A DNA stretch of 63,264 nucleotides, the filler included, from Licmophora abbreviata (Eukaryota): NCBI GenBank assembly GCA_900291995.1. It is 11 parts of 11 records of this genome, joined end to end, with 100 filler letters (N's around TTAATTAATTAA, not from the genome) between each part and the next. Parts side by side here need not be neighbours in the genome. Positions count along the whole stretch, not along the records: positions 47,365 to 49,491 come from OLMU01004422.1; positions 49,592 to 52,423 come from OLMU01004423.1; positions 52,524 to 55,076 come from OLMU01004424.1; positions 55,177 to 59,345 come from OLMU01004429.1; positions 59,446 to 63,264 come from OLMU01004432.1; 6 more parts are not named here. The stretch is one strand, 5' to 3'. Of the stretch, positions 47,884 to 60,052 are shown one piece after another. The notes beneath the pieces were generated by a model. It was not told the DNA's origin and ran no database searches. It worked only from the letters and a program-made list of their open reading frames with translations. Each line of letters begins with the position of its first letter. Position 1 is the stretch's first letter. Made by a program: the position numbers and the translations under genes.

Positions 47884-49783
47884 TCACAACGCACCAAACT
47901 TGACGCGCGTCTTGCTCGGCGTGGCAGCCCACTGCCAAACGTCTCGGGGTGAATCCATGACAAGACGACTTGTCTTGAGTACCCGATTGTCCTTTTGGAC
48001 GTCGGCCACCACACGGGGCCATACGATCTTGACTAGGTGATTGCGTTTCGACTTGGACGTCGGATACAAGTCATGCACGACAGAATCCCGGACGTGCAAG
48101 ACTACGTGCCCCTGAGTCGAATCCTGCTGCAGCAAGTCGTATGCCAGCTCTCGCACTTTTGCAACATCATTCAACAGCTGAAGCCCAGCGCGTCGTCGCG
48201 TACTACGATATCGCACAAGCCATAGGACCAGCACACAGACAAGAACAGGCAACGGATATTTGAGCGTCACGTTGTAAACGGAAGTCGCTGCAAACAGAAT
48301 CAAGGCCGATGCCGATCCTAAGCATACTTCTGCCAACATGATGAAGAATGAACTCATGTAGCACCACCACGGCAATAGCAAATTATCATCGAGATACGTC
48401 GGCAAGAGACCAATCATGACGTCGTCGTTCAATGTGAAGAGTTCCAAATTCTCAGAATATTCAGAAACCATATCCACAAAATCGTCGGCGGAAAGGTCAC
48501 CAACGTTGTCCAAAACATAACTCAGGGGTACAACGGACGCGTCGACTCCGCCCACATCCAGATGCTTGGCCTCCTCGCATCCAGCGACGTAGCATCGTTC
48601 TTGAATGTTGACCTGTTCTAGAACCTTGACCACACTGGCCAGAGTGGCATCTGCATCGCTCGTCAAGACACAGGCGTCCTGCGTTTCTGCAACTTGCAAA
48701 AAGCTCGCTCGACAGGCTCGCAGTTTCTGACCCCAGCAAATCCCTCGCGACGGACAAGGCACCTCTCCCTTGGAATTGTCGCACTGGACTGTTTCGTTCA
48801 AGAGCTCTTCCGCATTGGCGGCAAAGCAAGGAGGAGTCGTCATCGGTTTCGAATAGGAGGGAACTGAGGGGGCACTGGCAAAGAAATCGCCAATGCTGCT
48901 CACCACGTCCGAAACGATGGTCGGATTCTGGAAAAATACGCCGACGAAGCCCATCAAGAGGGCAGTCGCAAGAGCCACCCGACCGAAAGAGCGACCACGA
49001 GTCTTGGGCTCAGGCATCTCATCATCCTGCTCCACCGTGTAGTCCTGCGTCTCCTGTTGAACACGAACAACCTGTTCCGTCACCTGTTTCGTGGTCGAGG
49101 GCGCGACACGACTGGGGGGCGACGGAGACTTGTTCTTCTTCTGCTTTGGAGCCTTCTTTTTCAATGTCGGTGACGAGAAAGGTGTCGCTTCCAACACTTC
49201 CAACTCCACTGCTTTCTTCCCCGTCGCCGACTTCTTCTTCGGGACAGGTGATGCTGTTGTTTTTGACGCCCAAGCGGCCGCACGGGCCTTTTGTTCCTTC
49301 GCGGACAGCTTGGGAGCTGCCTTGGGGGTAGGAGAGCTAGCCAAGACAGGTCTGACGGCCGGTTTATCGTGGGTAAGCTTGCGCTTCTTGCGATTGGGTG
49401 CCAACAGCGGAGAGTCTTCTTCAGACTCTTCCTCGTCGTCGTCGTCTGATGGGGATTTCGGTGGTTTTGCCGCCGCCTCACTGCGACGACTNNNNNNNNN
49501 NNNNNNNNNNNNNNNNNNNNNNNNNNNNNNNNNNNTTAATTAATTAANNNNNNNNNNNNNNNNNNNNNNNNNNNNNNNNNNNNNNNNNNNNCTGGCTCGA
49601 CGGGGCGGAGTCTTCTTGGCTGGTGTGGCCCTTCTTCTTATCCTCCGCGGCTCCACTCGTGCGTCGGTCCCATGCCGCGGCACGAGCTCTGGCAGCCTCC
49701 CGCTGCTGTTTGCGAGTCAAGCGTTCCTCTTCTTTGTCTCCTGCCTTGCGCTTTCGAGAGGACGCCGCAGATCGTGTCGTCAT
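47884..49783 (-). CDS. Man1/Src1-like inner nuclear membrane protein (MSC domain); spans gap 49492-49591
   Basis: Basic NLS-rich N-terminus, TM segment, Cys-rich loop (PCPSRGIC), further TM segment(s), VLHVRD..VWPRVVADVQKDNRV..VWQW. Confidence 0.75.
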
Positions 49784-50151
49784 CGTTCACAAAGGGTGAG
49801 TGATACGGTGCAGGGGGTGGAGGCGATGGCAGAGTGATAATAACTGACGGAGCAGTACGATGATTGGTGATCGGTCCTTCGTTTCATCAGCAACGGCAGT
49901 TTCGTCAGATTTGCCGCCATCCATGTGAAGGTTCAAAACGAGCCTGCGTAGACTGTGGTACCGAGTCTACGCAAAATTTGAATTTTGATATTTGGGAATC
50001 GGGAATCCCAGGATATCCTTGTATTCGGATACTGAGAGCCACTCAAACTCATCGCACTTCAGCTCGCCAGCAAAGAAAAAAGAAAAAACATCAGCCCCAT
50101 TCACACACACAACGGTCTCTCTGTCTCTCTCTTCCGCCATCACTGGCCGCC

Positions 50152-51996
50152 ATGATTGAACTTAGATCTCATAGAAGAATCCTCCTTGTTATGACGTTTG
50201 TTTTCTACCGGCGAGCGGTGACTTTGGCGTTTCGCACTACACACACATCGCTGCGTCCCACGACGCTCATCAACCGTAGATCGGCACTGAGGACATCTCG
50301 GTCGCTATCGCTGAATCCTTCGGATGCTGCTGCTGCAGAATCCTCCTCATCGGCGTCATCGTCTTACAGCACCATCGATCAGTCTGCGATGGCACAGTCC
50401 CGTGCCCCCTTTTCCATGCCTCGCAACAGCGAGGACGACTCGGTACCACAGCAGAAGGGAGGGAAACTGGCGTGGTCTCAGCTCGGACTACTCACAGAAC
50501 TGGTCGACAGTGTCTACGAAGAAATAAAGCTCGAATCACCGACTCCAGTACAAGCCATGACCATTCCTGCATTACTGAAAGAGCCTCCGGAGTCGCTTGC
50601 GTTCTTGGCCGCCACTGGAAGTGGCAAGACGCTTGCCTATCTACTGCCGCTCCTGCAGCTCTGCAAGTCGCAAGAACTCTTTGATACAACTCTCGAAAGA
50701 CGTCCCAAGCGGCCACGGGTCATTGTATTGGCTCCTACTCGGGAATTGGCAATCCAAATCACCGCTGTTACCAAGAAGCTGTCTCACAAAATCAAACTTT
50801 CGTCTCAGTGCATTATCGGTGGCGAAGACTATGGCAAGCAGCGGAAAGTTCTGGAACGATACGTCGATGTAGTGGTGGCGACACCAGGTCGGCTGTTGAA
50901 GCACTGGAAAAACAATAATATATTTCTTGGTGACGTTCAGCATGTCGTACTGGATGAGATGGATACGATGTTGGAACAAGGATTTCAACAAGACTTGGTG
51001 AATTTGTTGCACCCCCTCTTATATACGGATCCCACACAACCAACAGCAGGCTTGAAGAAAGATGGCGCTCCTCGGATTATATTAACGTCGGCCACCATGA
51101 CACAGGCTGTCCAAAAACTGCTCGGCGAGTCGCCGAATGCGAACAGCAGTGGTACCGTGTCGGCCAAAAAGCACTACACGAAACCTCAACAGGTCAGCTC
51201 TGCTGCTTCGGCTCCAACCGATACACCCAAGATTGTCTTGCCACCCCTGAAGGTTATGACAGCACCCGGACTCCACAAGGCAGTTCCACGCTTGAAGCAG
51301 GTCTTTGTCGACGTTGGAAATATCGACAAGATGAGTTTGTTGGTCGACGTTGTCGCCGGAGGTGGCGGCCGAGGAGCGGCCGCACGGCAACAAGATTTGC
51401 GGGACAGTCCGCTCACACTCGTATTTTGCAACACTGTGGCAAGTTGCCGATCGGCTCAGCATGCCCTAGCGGAAGCGGGACTGAATAGCTTGTGCTATCA
51501 TGGGGAATTGAATTCGGTGGCGCGTTCGGAGAATTTTGAGCGGTTTCGAAAAGCGGGGCAGGGGGACGAGAATCAGCCGTCTCTTTTGGTCTGTACGGAC
51601 TTGGCCGCAAGAGGATTGGATGTTCCGCAAGTAGACCATGTCGTTATGTTTGATTTTCCTTTGAATGCACTTGACTACTTGCATCGTTCGGGGCGAACGG
51701 CCCGTGGAGTCAGCGGCGAGCGAGCTGGCAATGGTCGCGTGACAGCGCTTGTTGCCAAGCGCGATCGAGTACTAGCGACTGCCATTTCGAACGCAGTGCA
51801 GCAAGGGCAACCGTTGGATGGATTAAGCAGTCGCAAGACGGATTACCTGCCAGGTGCTCGATTGAACCAAAAGGGCCGCTCGTCCCCCCGACGAAGCGCG
51901 GATGGACGGGGCAGGAGCGGCGGTGGCGGAAGAGGGAGTTCAGCCGCTCGGCAAGCCAAGGAGAATACTGGGAGACGGCAACGGAGTCGAAGGTAG
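50152..51996 (+). CDS. DEAD-box RNA helicase, probably plastid-targeted
   Basis: PTPVQ, ATGSGKT, PTRELA, TPGR, DEMD, SAT, ARGLD, HRSGRTAR; presequence ending TLA-FRT. Confidence 0.9.
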   Translation: MIELRSHRRILLVMTFVFYRRAVTLAFRTTHTSLRPTTLINRRSALRTSRSLSLNPSDAAAAESSSSASSSYSTIDQSAMAQSRAPFSMPRNSEDDSVPQQKGGKLAWSQLGLLTELVDSVYEEIKLESPTPVQAMTIPALLKEPPESLAFLAATGSGKTLAYLLPLLQLCKSQELFDTTLERRPKRPRVIVLAPTRELAIQITAVTKKLSHKIKLSSQCIIGGEDYGKQRKVLERYVDVVVATPGRLLKHWKNNNIFLGDVQHVVLDEMDTMLEQGFQQDLVNLLHPLLYTDPTQPTAGLKKDGAPRIILTSATMTQAVQKLLGESPNANSSGTVSAKKHYTKPQQVSSAASAPTDTPKIVLPPLKVMTAPGLHKAVPRLKQVFVDVGNIDKMSLLVDVVAGGGGRGAAARQQDLRDSPLTLVFCNTVASCRSAQHALAEAGLNSLCYHGELNSVARSENFERFRKAGQGDENQPSLLVCTDLAARGLDVPQVDHVVMFDFPLNALDYLHRSGRTARGVSGERAGNGRVTALVAKRDRVLATAISNAVQQGQPLDGLSSRKTDYLPGARLNQKGRSSPRRSADGRGRSGGGGRGSSAARQAKENTGRRQRSRR

Positions 51997-52523
51997 CAAC
52001 CCATGGATAACCTTTAGCGCTGCGGCTTCCTTGTCCATCTCACCATTCCAGGTATGATATGGTACAAATACAATGCCCAAGACTAAGTGAGATGCTATCC
52101 GAGCACCACATATGTCGAGTATCGTGATAAATATTGGCCCACAATTATTTATACAGAATGACCTCATCGATTGATGACCCATTATAATTTGTGACTGTAA
52201 AAACATCATGATAGATAAATCCTAACGGAGGTCTCACTTTTTGTTTTCGAATCGACACACATCTTGAGCCACACCTCTCGGATCGCACTAGTACACATCT
52301 TACGCATTATTGGGTCCCGTGGGAGCTCTGCAGCTTATTCTGGAAGCGTACCCCCCAATGAATGTCCCACAAGAGTCCATGAGCTCCGTCGGGTCTACAA
52401 ACAAGAAGTTGCAAGATGGATTTNNNNNNNNNNNNNNNNNNNNNNNNNNNNNNNNNNNNNNNNNNNNTTAATTAATTAANNNNNNNNNNNNNNNNNNNNN
52501 NNNNNNNNNNNNNNNNNNNNNNN

Positions 52524-52943
52524 AGTGAAGAGACCGTCATTGTTTCGTCGTCCAGCGATGTAGGTCGGTTACAGGACGCCTTGGAGGCGTGGGAGGAAAT
52601 GGGGGCCTTGTCTCGGGACGTCGGTGCTTTTCTTCTTGAAACTCAATCGTACGCTCTCAAGGACACACTCGCGCTCCAGGCACACGGAAACGTAAAGAAG
52701 CGGGACCTCGATGCGTCTGGTCACTCTGAGAGGGACTCCAAGCACCAGAAACCTTTTTTTGCTGAAGCTCCACCCGACGAGGGTGTAAAAGATCAGGTGA
52801 ATCGCATCCAAAAGATGACACATCTCCTCATGACACTCGAGAGTACGCATAAGGAGCTTCGAGACGAGGTCGAGTTCATGCTGCACGAGTCTCAGCCGAG
52901 CCTACAGCCAGAGGACGGCGATGAGGTTGAAGCTGAAGCGTGA
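52524..52943 (+). CDS. 3' fragment of a hypothetical helical/coiled-coil protein (5' part in gap)
   Basis: Frame is open from the gap edge to TGA at 52943 with protein-like composition. Confidence 0.5.
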   Translation, partial: SEETVIVSSSSDVGRLQDALEAWEEMGALSRDVGAFLLETQSYALKDTLALQAHGNVKKRDLDASGHSERDSKHQKPFFAEAPPDEGVKDQVNRIQKMTHLLMTLESTHKELRDEVEFMLHESQPSLQPEDGDEVEAEA

Positions 52944-53020
52944 CCATGCATGCAAAGTAAATTGATGTGAAAATAAAGTGTGGTGTACATACGTCAAATC
53001 TAGCGTAGTGTATGTGCTAT

Positions 53021-55051
53021 CTAATGTGCAGACATACCAACAGCTCCCTTGAAGGTCTCGTCCATGACCTCGGACAAGGTAGGGTGAGTATGAACCATCA
53101 TACTGAGCTCCTGGACCGTGGTTCCCGCGGCGACGGCGTTGGCACACTCCTGAATGAGATCAGCGGCATGCAGACCAATGATGTGAACAGCGACAACCTC
53201 CCCTGTTTCTTTCTTGAACAGGCATTTCGCCATACCGTTACCCTCTCCTTCTGCCAGGGCCTTCGAATTTGCACGGAAGCTACCGGTGCTCTTACCCAAC
53301 GTCCACCCTTCTTTCTCCGCACGTTCTGCGGCTTGCTCTTCAGTCGGACCGACCATGGAAATTTCTAGTTGTTCATAGAGAAGACAAAAAAAGAGTCGGT
53401 GAGCATGCTGCTTATAGAGGGTATAGAACTCGGAGGCTACGATGCGCTAAGCTTCACTTACCTGGATGAGTAAAGCATGCCTGTGATGTTCACAAAATGA
53501 GGAATTCGCGTGAGGAGGTAAAGTTAGCGAGTGTTCTCATTCCTCTGATCCAACCCTTGATGCCTCACACCTGTCAAAAAGTTTAGACTTACCGCAGGAA
53601 CAGCATCGTGATCAACCTCATGCGCGCGGCCCGCAATGTTTTCAATGGCCGAGATACCTTGAGCAGACGCGGCATGAGCCAACATCATCTTGCCGTTGGC
53701 ATCTCCAATGCAGTAGAGGTTGGGAACGACTTCACCATTCTCGCCATTGGTGAGCACTTCCATCTTTCCCGTAACGGCAACAAAGCCACGGTTGGTTTCA
53801 ATGCCCATGGCCTCGAGTCCCATGTCCTTGGTGTTGGGCACTCGTCCCGTCGCCACCATGGCAGCATCGACCTCGATCGTTTCAACGTGTTCCCTGCAGT
53901 TGTAAGCATAACAATGCGAACATATCAGAGAGATTGCACGAAGCAATAAGCAGCGCCCAACAGCCAAACAGTTCTAAAATGTCTACTCACTTCGTCTCCG
54001 CATCAATCATCTTGATGGTGACGGGCTTTTCTCCTGGAACACCCGGAGTAACTTCCGCGGCAAAGACTCCAGTACGAAAGTCAATGGGACGATCCCGAAT
54101 CAACAAACGCTCGGCCTGTTTGGCAATCTCGCGATCAAACGTGGGCATCAGGGTGGGAAGGGCCTCAATAAAGGTGACTTCGCTGCCCAGGGCCGTGTAG
54201 ACGTCACTGAACTCCAGTCCAATGTAGCCACTGCCAATAATGGCGACCCATTCTGGTACAAATGGGAGTTCCAGGGCGCCGTCGCTAGTGTATACAGTCT
54301 TTTCGTCGACAGTAACACCAGGAGGAACAAAGGGAACCGAGCCAGGCGCCAAGATGATGTCCTGCAATATGGGGGTAGATTTCATAAGCAACAAGGTTGA
54401 ATCGAATCGAGCATGTACCAGCAGCACCAAGCGACAAGCACCCTGCGCTACCAGAGCAATTCTCCTCCCTTTTAGTCCTCAGACACTGCTGTTACTCACC
54501 TTGGCAGTGTAAATTTTGCCAGTGGCATCATCCTTGACTTCATGCGGTTTGCCTGTCAAGACACCGCGGCCTTCAATGACATCGACCCCGAGTCCGACCA
54601 GACTGGCCTCAAGATTGCCCTTGACACGATTCGCCAAGTTCTTGGCATGCGCCGCGATACCCTCACGAGAGTACTTGACTTCGCCATCGACTTCAATTCC
54701 CAATTCTCCAAGATGCTGCTCATTCTGCATTTCGCGAACGCGACCGCTGGCAGCCAGCAACGCCTTGGATGGGACACATCCGCGGTTGACACAGGTGCCG
54801 CCGACGTCTTGTCCGGAAAAGACAGCCGTTTTCAAGGACTGGGCACGAGAATGCAAGGCAGCACCGTGTCCACCGACGCCACACCCAATAATGGCGACAT
54901 CAAAGTCGAACGAGGAGTCCGACATGCGCAGCTGCTGAGTACCGGCGGCAGTAGCAGTGCGGGGACGAAACGACGGAGCGTGGCTCGTAAAGGCAGACGA
55001 ACTGGCACTGCTCAAGAGCAGCAGAGCCGCAGAAACAATCACGTGGACCAT
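53021..55051 (-). CDS. lpdA: Plastid dihydrolipoamide dehydrogenase; exons 55051-54500, 54361-53991, 53893-53593, 53480-53462, 53364-53021
   Basis: SSSA-FTS presequence; [45 protein letters not shown]. All splices are phase-compatible. Confidence 0.95.
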
Positions 55052-55198
55052 GTTGACGCGGTAGGAAAAGGCACAGNNNNNNNNNNNNNNNNNNNNNNNN
55101 NNNNNNNNNNNNNNNNNNNNTTAATTAATTAANNNNNNNNNNNNNNNNNNNNNNNNNNNNNNNNNNNNNNNNNNNNAGCAATCCACCGCAACACCGAC

Positions 55199-56428
55199 AT
55201 GCTACCGTCGCTTCCACCGCAGGCGACGTCGCCATTCTACAGCTACTCCTCTTTCAATACGCTCTCTCCTGTCGCCGTCTTGTACTCGGTCGTGTCTCAG
55301 GCAATCTTTGGCATCCTCCGACCGACTCGCTGGCGACTGCCGGTTCACGAAGTGCCGCGAGGGATAGAAGCGAGTGATAGAATCAGTAAGGGTAGACAGA
55401 AAGTCGCCATTGTCACGGGAAGTAACACGGGGATTGGACTGGAAACAGCACGATCTCTCGTCGATCAAGGATACGAGGTCGTCTTGGCCTGCCGATCGCG
55501 CGACAAGGCCCTGCAAGCAGTCGAGTCCATCCGCACCACCACGTCCACTGAAACAACGGCAAGGCCATTTTCGTACACCCACTCGATTTAAGTAGCTTTG
55601 AGTCCGTCAAGGACTTTTGCAAAATCATCCAGCAGCAGTACAGCTCGATTGATGTCCTCGTCAACAACGCCGGGCTCAATACATCGGGCAAGTCCCAACA
55701 CAACCTCGACTTGTGCTTTCAATCGAATCATTTGGGACATTTCCTCTTGACACATGAACTTATGAATGCCTTGTTGTCCAATGGAGGGGCTCGTGTCGTG
55801 AATCTCTCATCGGTCATGCACCACTATGCGGATGCTACTTTACAGGATAGAGACTACTGGAAACGTGTCGCACAGTTCAGTGAGCATAGGGAACAATCCG
55901 CTTATACGCCATCCAAGCTGGCAGCATTGCTCTTTTCACTAGAATTGAACAATCGATATGGCTCAAAAGGTCTGCGGTCGATTGCTGTCAATCCTGGGGC
56001 AGTGTAAGTACGAACTCGAAGAACTACGTCGTCGGCCATGCATTGACGTCATCATGCTCGACACCTCTAACGACTACTAGTGTCTTGTGCCATTGCCCTC
56101 TTTTCACAGCAACAGTGACATTTGGAGAGGCAAGCCCCGCTGGTTGGTGGCTATCTTTCGATGGATCTACTTGACATCGAAACAGGGTGCGGTCACATCG
56201 GTCGCAGCAGCCATCCAAGACGACCTACCCCCAGACGTGCATTATCTACAACCGTACTGGCTGCCAAAACGCATGAAGTTGGCATTTCCTCCCATGGAAA
56301 TGCTAGGACCCTTTCAGGGGTATCGAGTGACGGCGCCGAGATTACCAGACGATGGGACGAATGGGATTGCCACCGCACAGCACCTGTGGAAAGCGAGCGA
56401 AGAACTTGCTGGCTGTGTGTTTGAGTAG
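55199..56428 (+). CDS. RDH/WWOX-type SDR with apparent frameshift near 55550; intron 56004-56109
   Basis: IVTGSNTGIGLETAR in one frame; LDLSSFESV, DVLVNNAG, NHLGHFLLT, YTPSK in the -1 frame. Confidence 0.8.
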
Positions 56429-56711
56429 CTAGAGCAACGTGTGCAGACGACACTCGGATCACCAGTAGAGCTCGAACGCGTACCCCTTAAAATAAGCATA
56501 CAAGGTTCATATACTAACATCTGGTTGACTGACTTAATCCTGCACTAGTATCGTCACTCTGCCACTGTATTCCCCCCATTGTTGTGTACTCGACAGTGCA
56601 TGTCGTCTTGCTTCCCGCGTAGCTCTTGATTGGAAAGTCATCCGCACAACACAACACCATGAATACGCGTTTTCTCTTGGGCATTACATAAATATTGTCC
56701 TCGTTGGATTT

Positions 56712-58006
56712 TCACGTTTCTCCACCAGCCTTCTGCTCATCTTCCAAGAGCGCATCCTCTTCCGCTTGCTTCTTGCAGACATTGGCCGCATACTGATCCG
56801 ACACTTTGCACTGCACGCCGACATAATTCGTAATGTTTCCAGACGCATCGCGCAAGGCTGCAATGAAGAATTGATTCCAAAACGTGGTGCCGTCGACGCG
56901 ATAATTCAACAAGCACACAGACATGTCGGTGCCTTCTTCGATACTACTGCGAATCTTTTCGACAGCCTTGGGGTCCGTCTCGGGGCCCTGCAGGAAGCGA
57001 CAGTTACGACCCAAGACTTGATCCAAGGTGTAGCCTGTGAGATTCAAGAATCCCTGAGTGGCATAGACAATGGGGTTGTCGGGAAGAGACGGATCCGTCA
57101 CGACAAAGTTCTGCTGGGCTGTTTGAAGTGCCTTGATGAAGGAGAAATCGGGATCATCCAGTACCTTGTTGGCATCCAAAGAGCTATTTGCAATCAATCC
57201 AGGTTCCCCTCCAGAGTTAATCTGCTTTTGAATGAGATCATCCGCCTCAGAGTTTCCGAGGTGACTGCGAATGGCGTTGCGGAGTTTGTCGTTTTCTTCT
57301 TTGAGCAACGATACGGATTGCTGAAGAGACTCGAGCAAGAACTTTTTGCGAATCCTAGACCTCTTGGCGTGCTCCCGATTACGTTCACTGCAAAACAGTA
57401 GTGATTGAGATTGAAGAGAGTATGAGTGAATGATAAAATATAAATACTAAGCACACGCTGATCCACCGAACAAAATTGACACACTGCCACTCACCGCCTT
57501 TCAACCTTTTGCTGATCGCTCATTTTGCGCTCTCCGCTGGACCTTCCTCCAGAAGCCGAACGAGCTCGTTTCTTCTGCTGTTGTTGTTGAGCTGCTGCCA
57601 TCATGGCAGAAGTCGCATACTGCAAATGGTGTCGTTGCTGGGGAGGCTGCTGGTAGGGGACCGCCGCCGTTGTCCCCGACTGTGCGACACCCATGGAAAG
57701 AGCCGGCGCTCCCGGCTTGTCCAGATTCGTCGTTTGAATACCACCCGCTTGCGCCACAGGCGCAAAGTGATCTCCCTGAGGCTTGGATGCGATATTGGCA
57801 ACCTCCTTCTCGCCGGATGGCAAGACACCCTGCTGCTGTTCGCTCAAAAATACGGTCTCTCCTTCGGGCGTGAAGAAGACATCTCCGAAAATGTCATCCA
57901 AATTCAAGGTTGCCGGCGTTCCGCGTTGCGCCACGGCAACCGAGGCTTGTGCCGATAAACCCGGGTCGACGGCGGAAAAGAGAGGTGGTGGAGGAGGATT
58001 GGACAT
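56712..58006 (-). CDS. AUREO1a: Aureochrome (bZIP-LOV blue-light transcription factor), 1a-like; intron 57388-57494
   Basis: bZIP ERRERNREHAKRSRIRKKFLLESLQ across the splice; LOV domain QNFVVTDPSLPDNPIVYA..GRNCRFLQG. Confidence 0.93.
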
Positions 58007-58345
58007 GGCTTACGAAGAGATAAGAACGATCCCTTCGGCCGCTCCATTGATGTGTGATGGCGACCAATTGTGGATCCATTGGCCATCACTTGAGAGAACT
58101 TCGTTGAAAACGTACTGGCGAGTCACGTAGAATCCTTTCAATTTTGTGGGATCTTCAACCGACCCGGAGGTTGCCATAAGTAAATAAATTGAAAAGATCC
58201 CAATCTGGACGTTCCCGATTCCGCTTACAAAAGATCTTTTGCCGCCAAACCTCCAACAACCGTCAACCCGAAGGGCGGCGTCATCGAAAGGTGTGACCCT
58301 TTGTCGCCGTTGTCGCATCTTCTGCATCGCAAACCTGACAACACT

Positions 58346-59301
58346 ATGAGCAGCGAAGCTCCCAAGTCCAAAGAATTGGCCAAGGTCTTTCCGGCCAAGA
58401 GCGAGCTGGCCTTGGAGCAGTACAAGGAGGTCCAAAAGAAGAGCATCGCGGATCCGGCTGCGTTTTGGAGTCAAAAGGCCACTGAACTCTTGGACTGGTT
58501 CCAGCCTTTCCCCAAAGATAAGGTTCTCACGGGGGGATTAGAGTACGGCGATGTGGCTTGGTTTGCCGGAGGAAAATTGAATGTCTGTTACAATGCCATT
58601 GATCGCCACGTGAGCAGTGGTCATGCGAATGATATCTGCATCTTGTGGGAAGGCGACGAGCCGACCGACACAAAGGCATTGAGTTACAGCGATGTGCTGC
58701 GCAAGACGTCTCAGATTGCGAACGCTCTCAAGTCACAGGGTGTCTCGAAAGGAGACGTGGTCACTGTGTACATGCCTATGATCCCCGAACTCGCCATGAC
58801 CATGCTGGCGTGCGCGCGAATCGGAGCAGTGCACAGCGTCGTCTTTGCTGGATTCAGCAGTGAAGCGCTGGGATCCCGTGTTTCGGCGGCTAGCTCCAAA
58901 TTTGTCGTCACGGCAGATCAAGGAAAGCGAGGGGGGAAGACGATTGGCTTGAAGACCATTGTCAACGATGCGCTCACCAAGTACGACTGTGCCGACATTG
59001 TGCAGAAAGTGCTCGTGTGGGAGCGTTTCTACGACGCCGAAGCCGAGAGCGCTCCGTACGAGATGAAGCCCAAGGATGTGCGCATGGATCCACTCGTGGC
59101 CGTCCAGCGGCCCTACTGTGTACCCGAGAGTATGGATGCGGAGGACAGTTTCTTTATCCTATACACGTCGGGATCCACCGGAAAACCGAAAGGATTGTTG
59201 CACACCACCGGAGGCTATGCTCTATACGCGGCGTTCACAACCAAAACGAACTTTGACTTACAAAAAGGGGATATTTTTGCCTGTGTTGCCGATTGCGGAT
59301 G
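58346..59301 (+). CDS. ACS: Acetyl-CoA synthetase, N-terminal exon (remainder lost in gap 59346-59445)
   Basis: WFAGGKLNVCYNAIDRH, YMPMIPE, ARIGAVHSVVFAGFS, ILYTSGSTGKPKG, ADCGW followed by a GTATGT donor. Confidence 0.93.
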
Positions 59302-60052
59302 GTATGTTGAATTATGCCCACATGTCTTGGTGATAACTCCCATACNNNNNNNNNNNNNNNNNNNNNNNNNNNNNNNNNNNNNNNNNNNNTTAATTAATTA
59401 ANNNNNNNNNNNNNNNNNNNNNNNNNNNNNNNNNNNNNNNNNNNNGGGTCAGACGCAACAGCAGCAAGCGTAAACGGTGTGACGGTTACTGTTCATGGCG
59501 AATCGTTTAAAAAATTGTGATTCATTGAGGGAGCATGAAAAGAGAATGCATTCTTCTTCACAATATGGTGATGGTGCTTGAAGAGAACATGTTCTTTGGA
59601 AGGTCTAATAGTATGTTACCTGAAATACTTAAGTCTCATTGATCGTCATGACATCACCTACTATCTGATATTCCTCCGTGAGCCGACGAGACGTCGTGTT
59701 CTCTGTCTGTGCTCGCCGGACGGCATGTCCAAAAATTGAAGATGACATGCGAGCTCTTCGACTTCGAAAAATTCAAATGTCCGTTGGCGTCTACCGGTAC
59801 GAGAAGGGAGGTTTTCATCGCACATAGACGCACTTTCTCACAAACCGAACTCAGAAGACGCATTCAAAGCCAATCCACTGCTTACCAAGCATTCTTAGCC
59901 CACTCGCTACCCAGTAAGTACTGACAGCTGCCCCAATGGGTGTATCTTGTGTTGCGCCATCGTGTTCGCGTCACTCAGTCGCTCACTGCCGCAATTTCCG
60001 TCTGGTTGTGTTTCATTCATGGTTCAGTTTGAATTTAAACTTCATCATCGCC

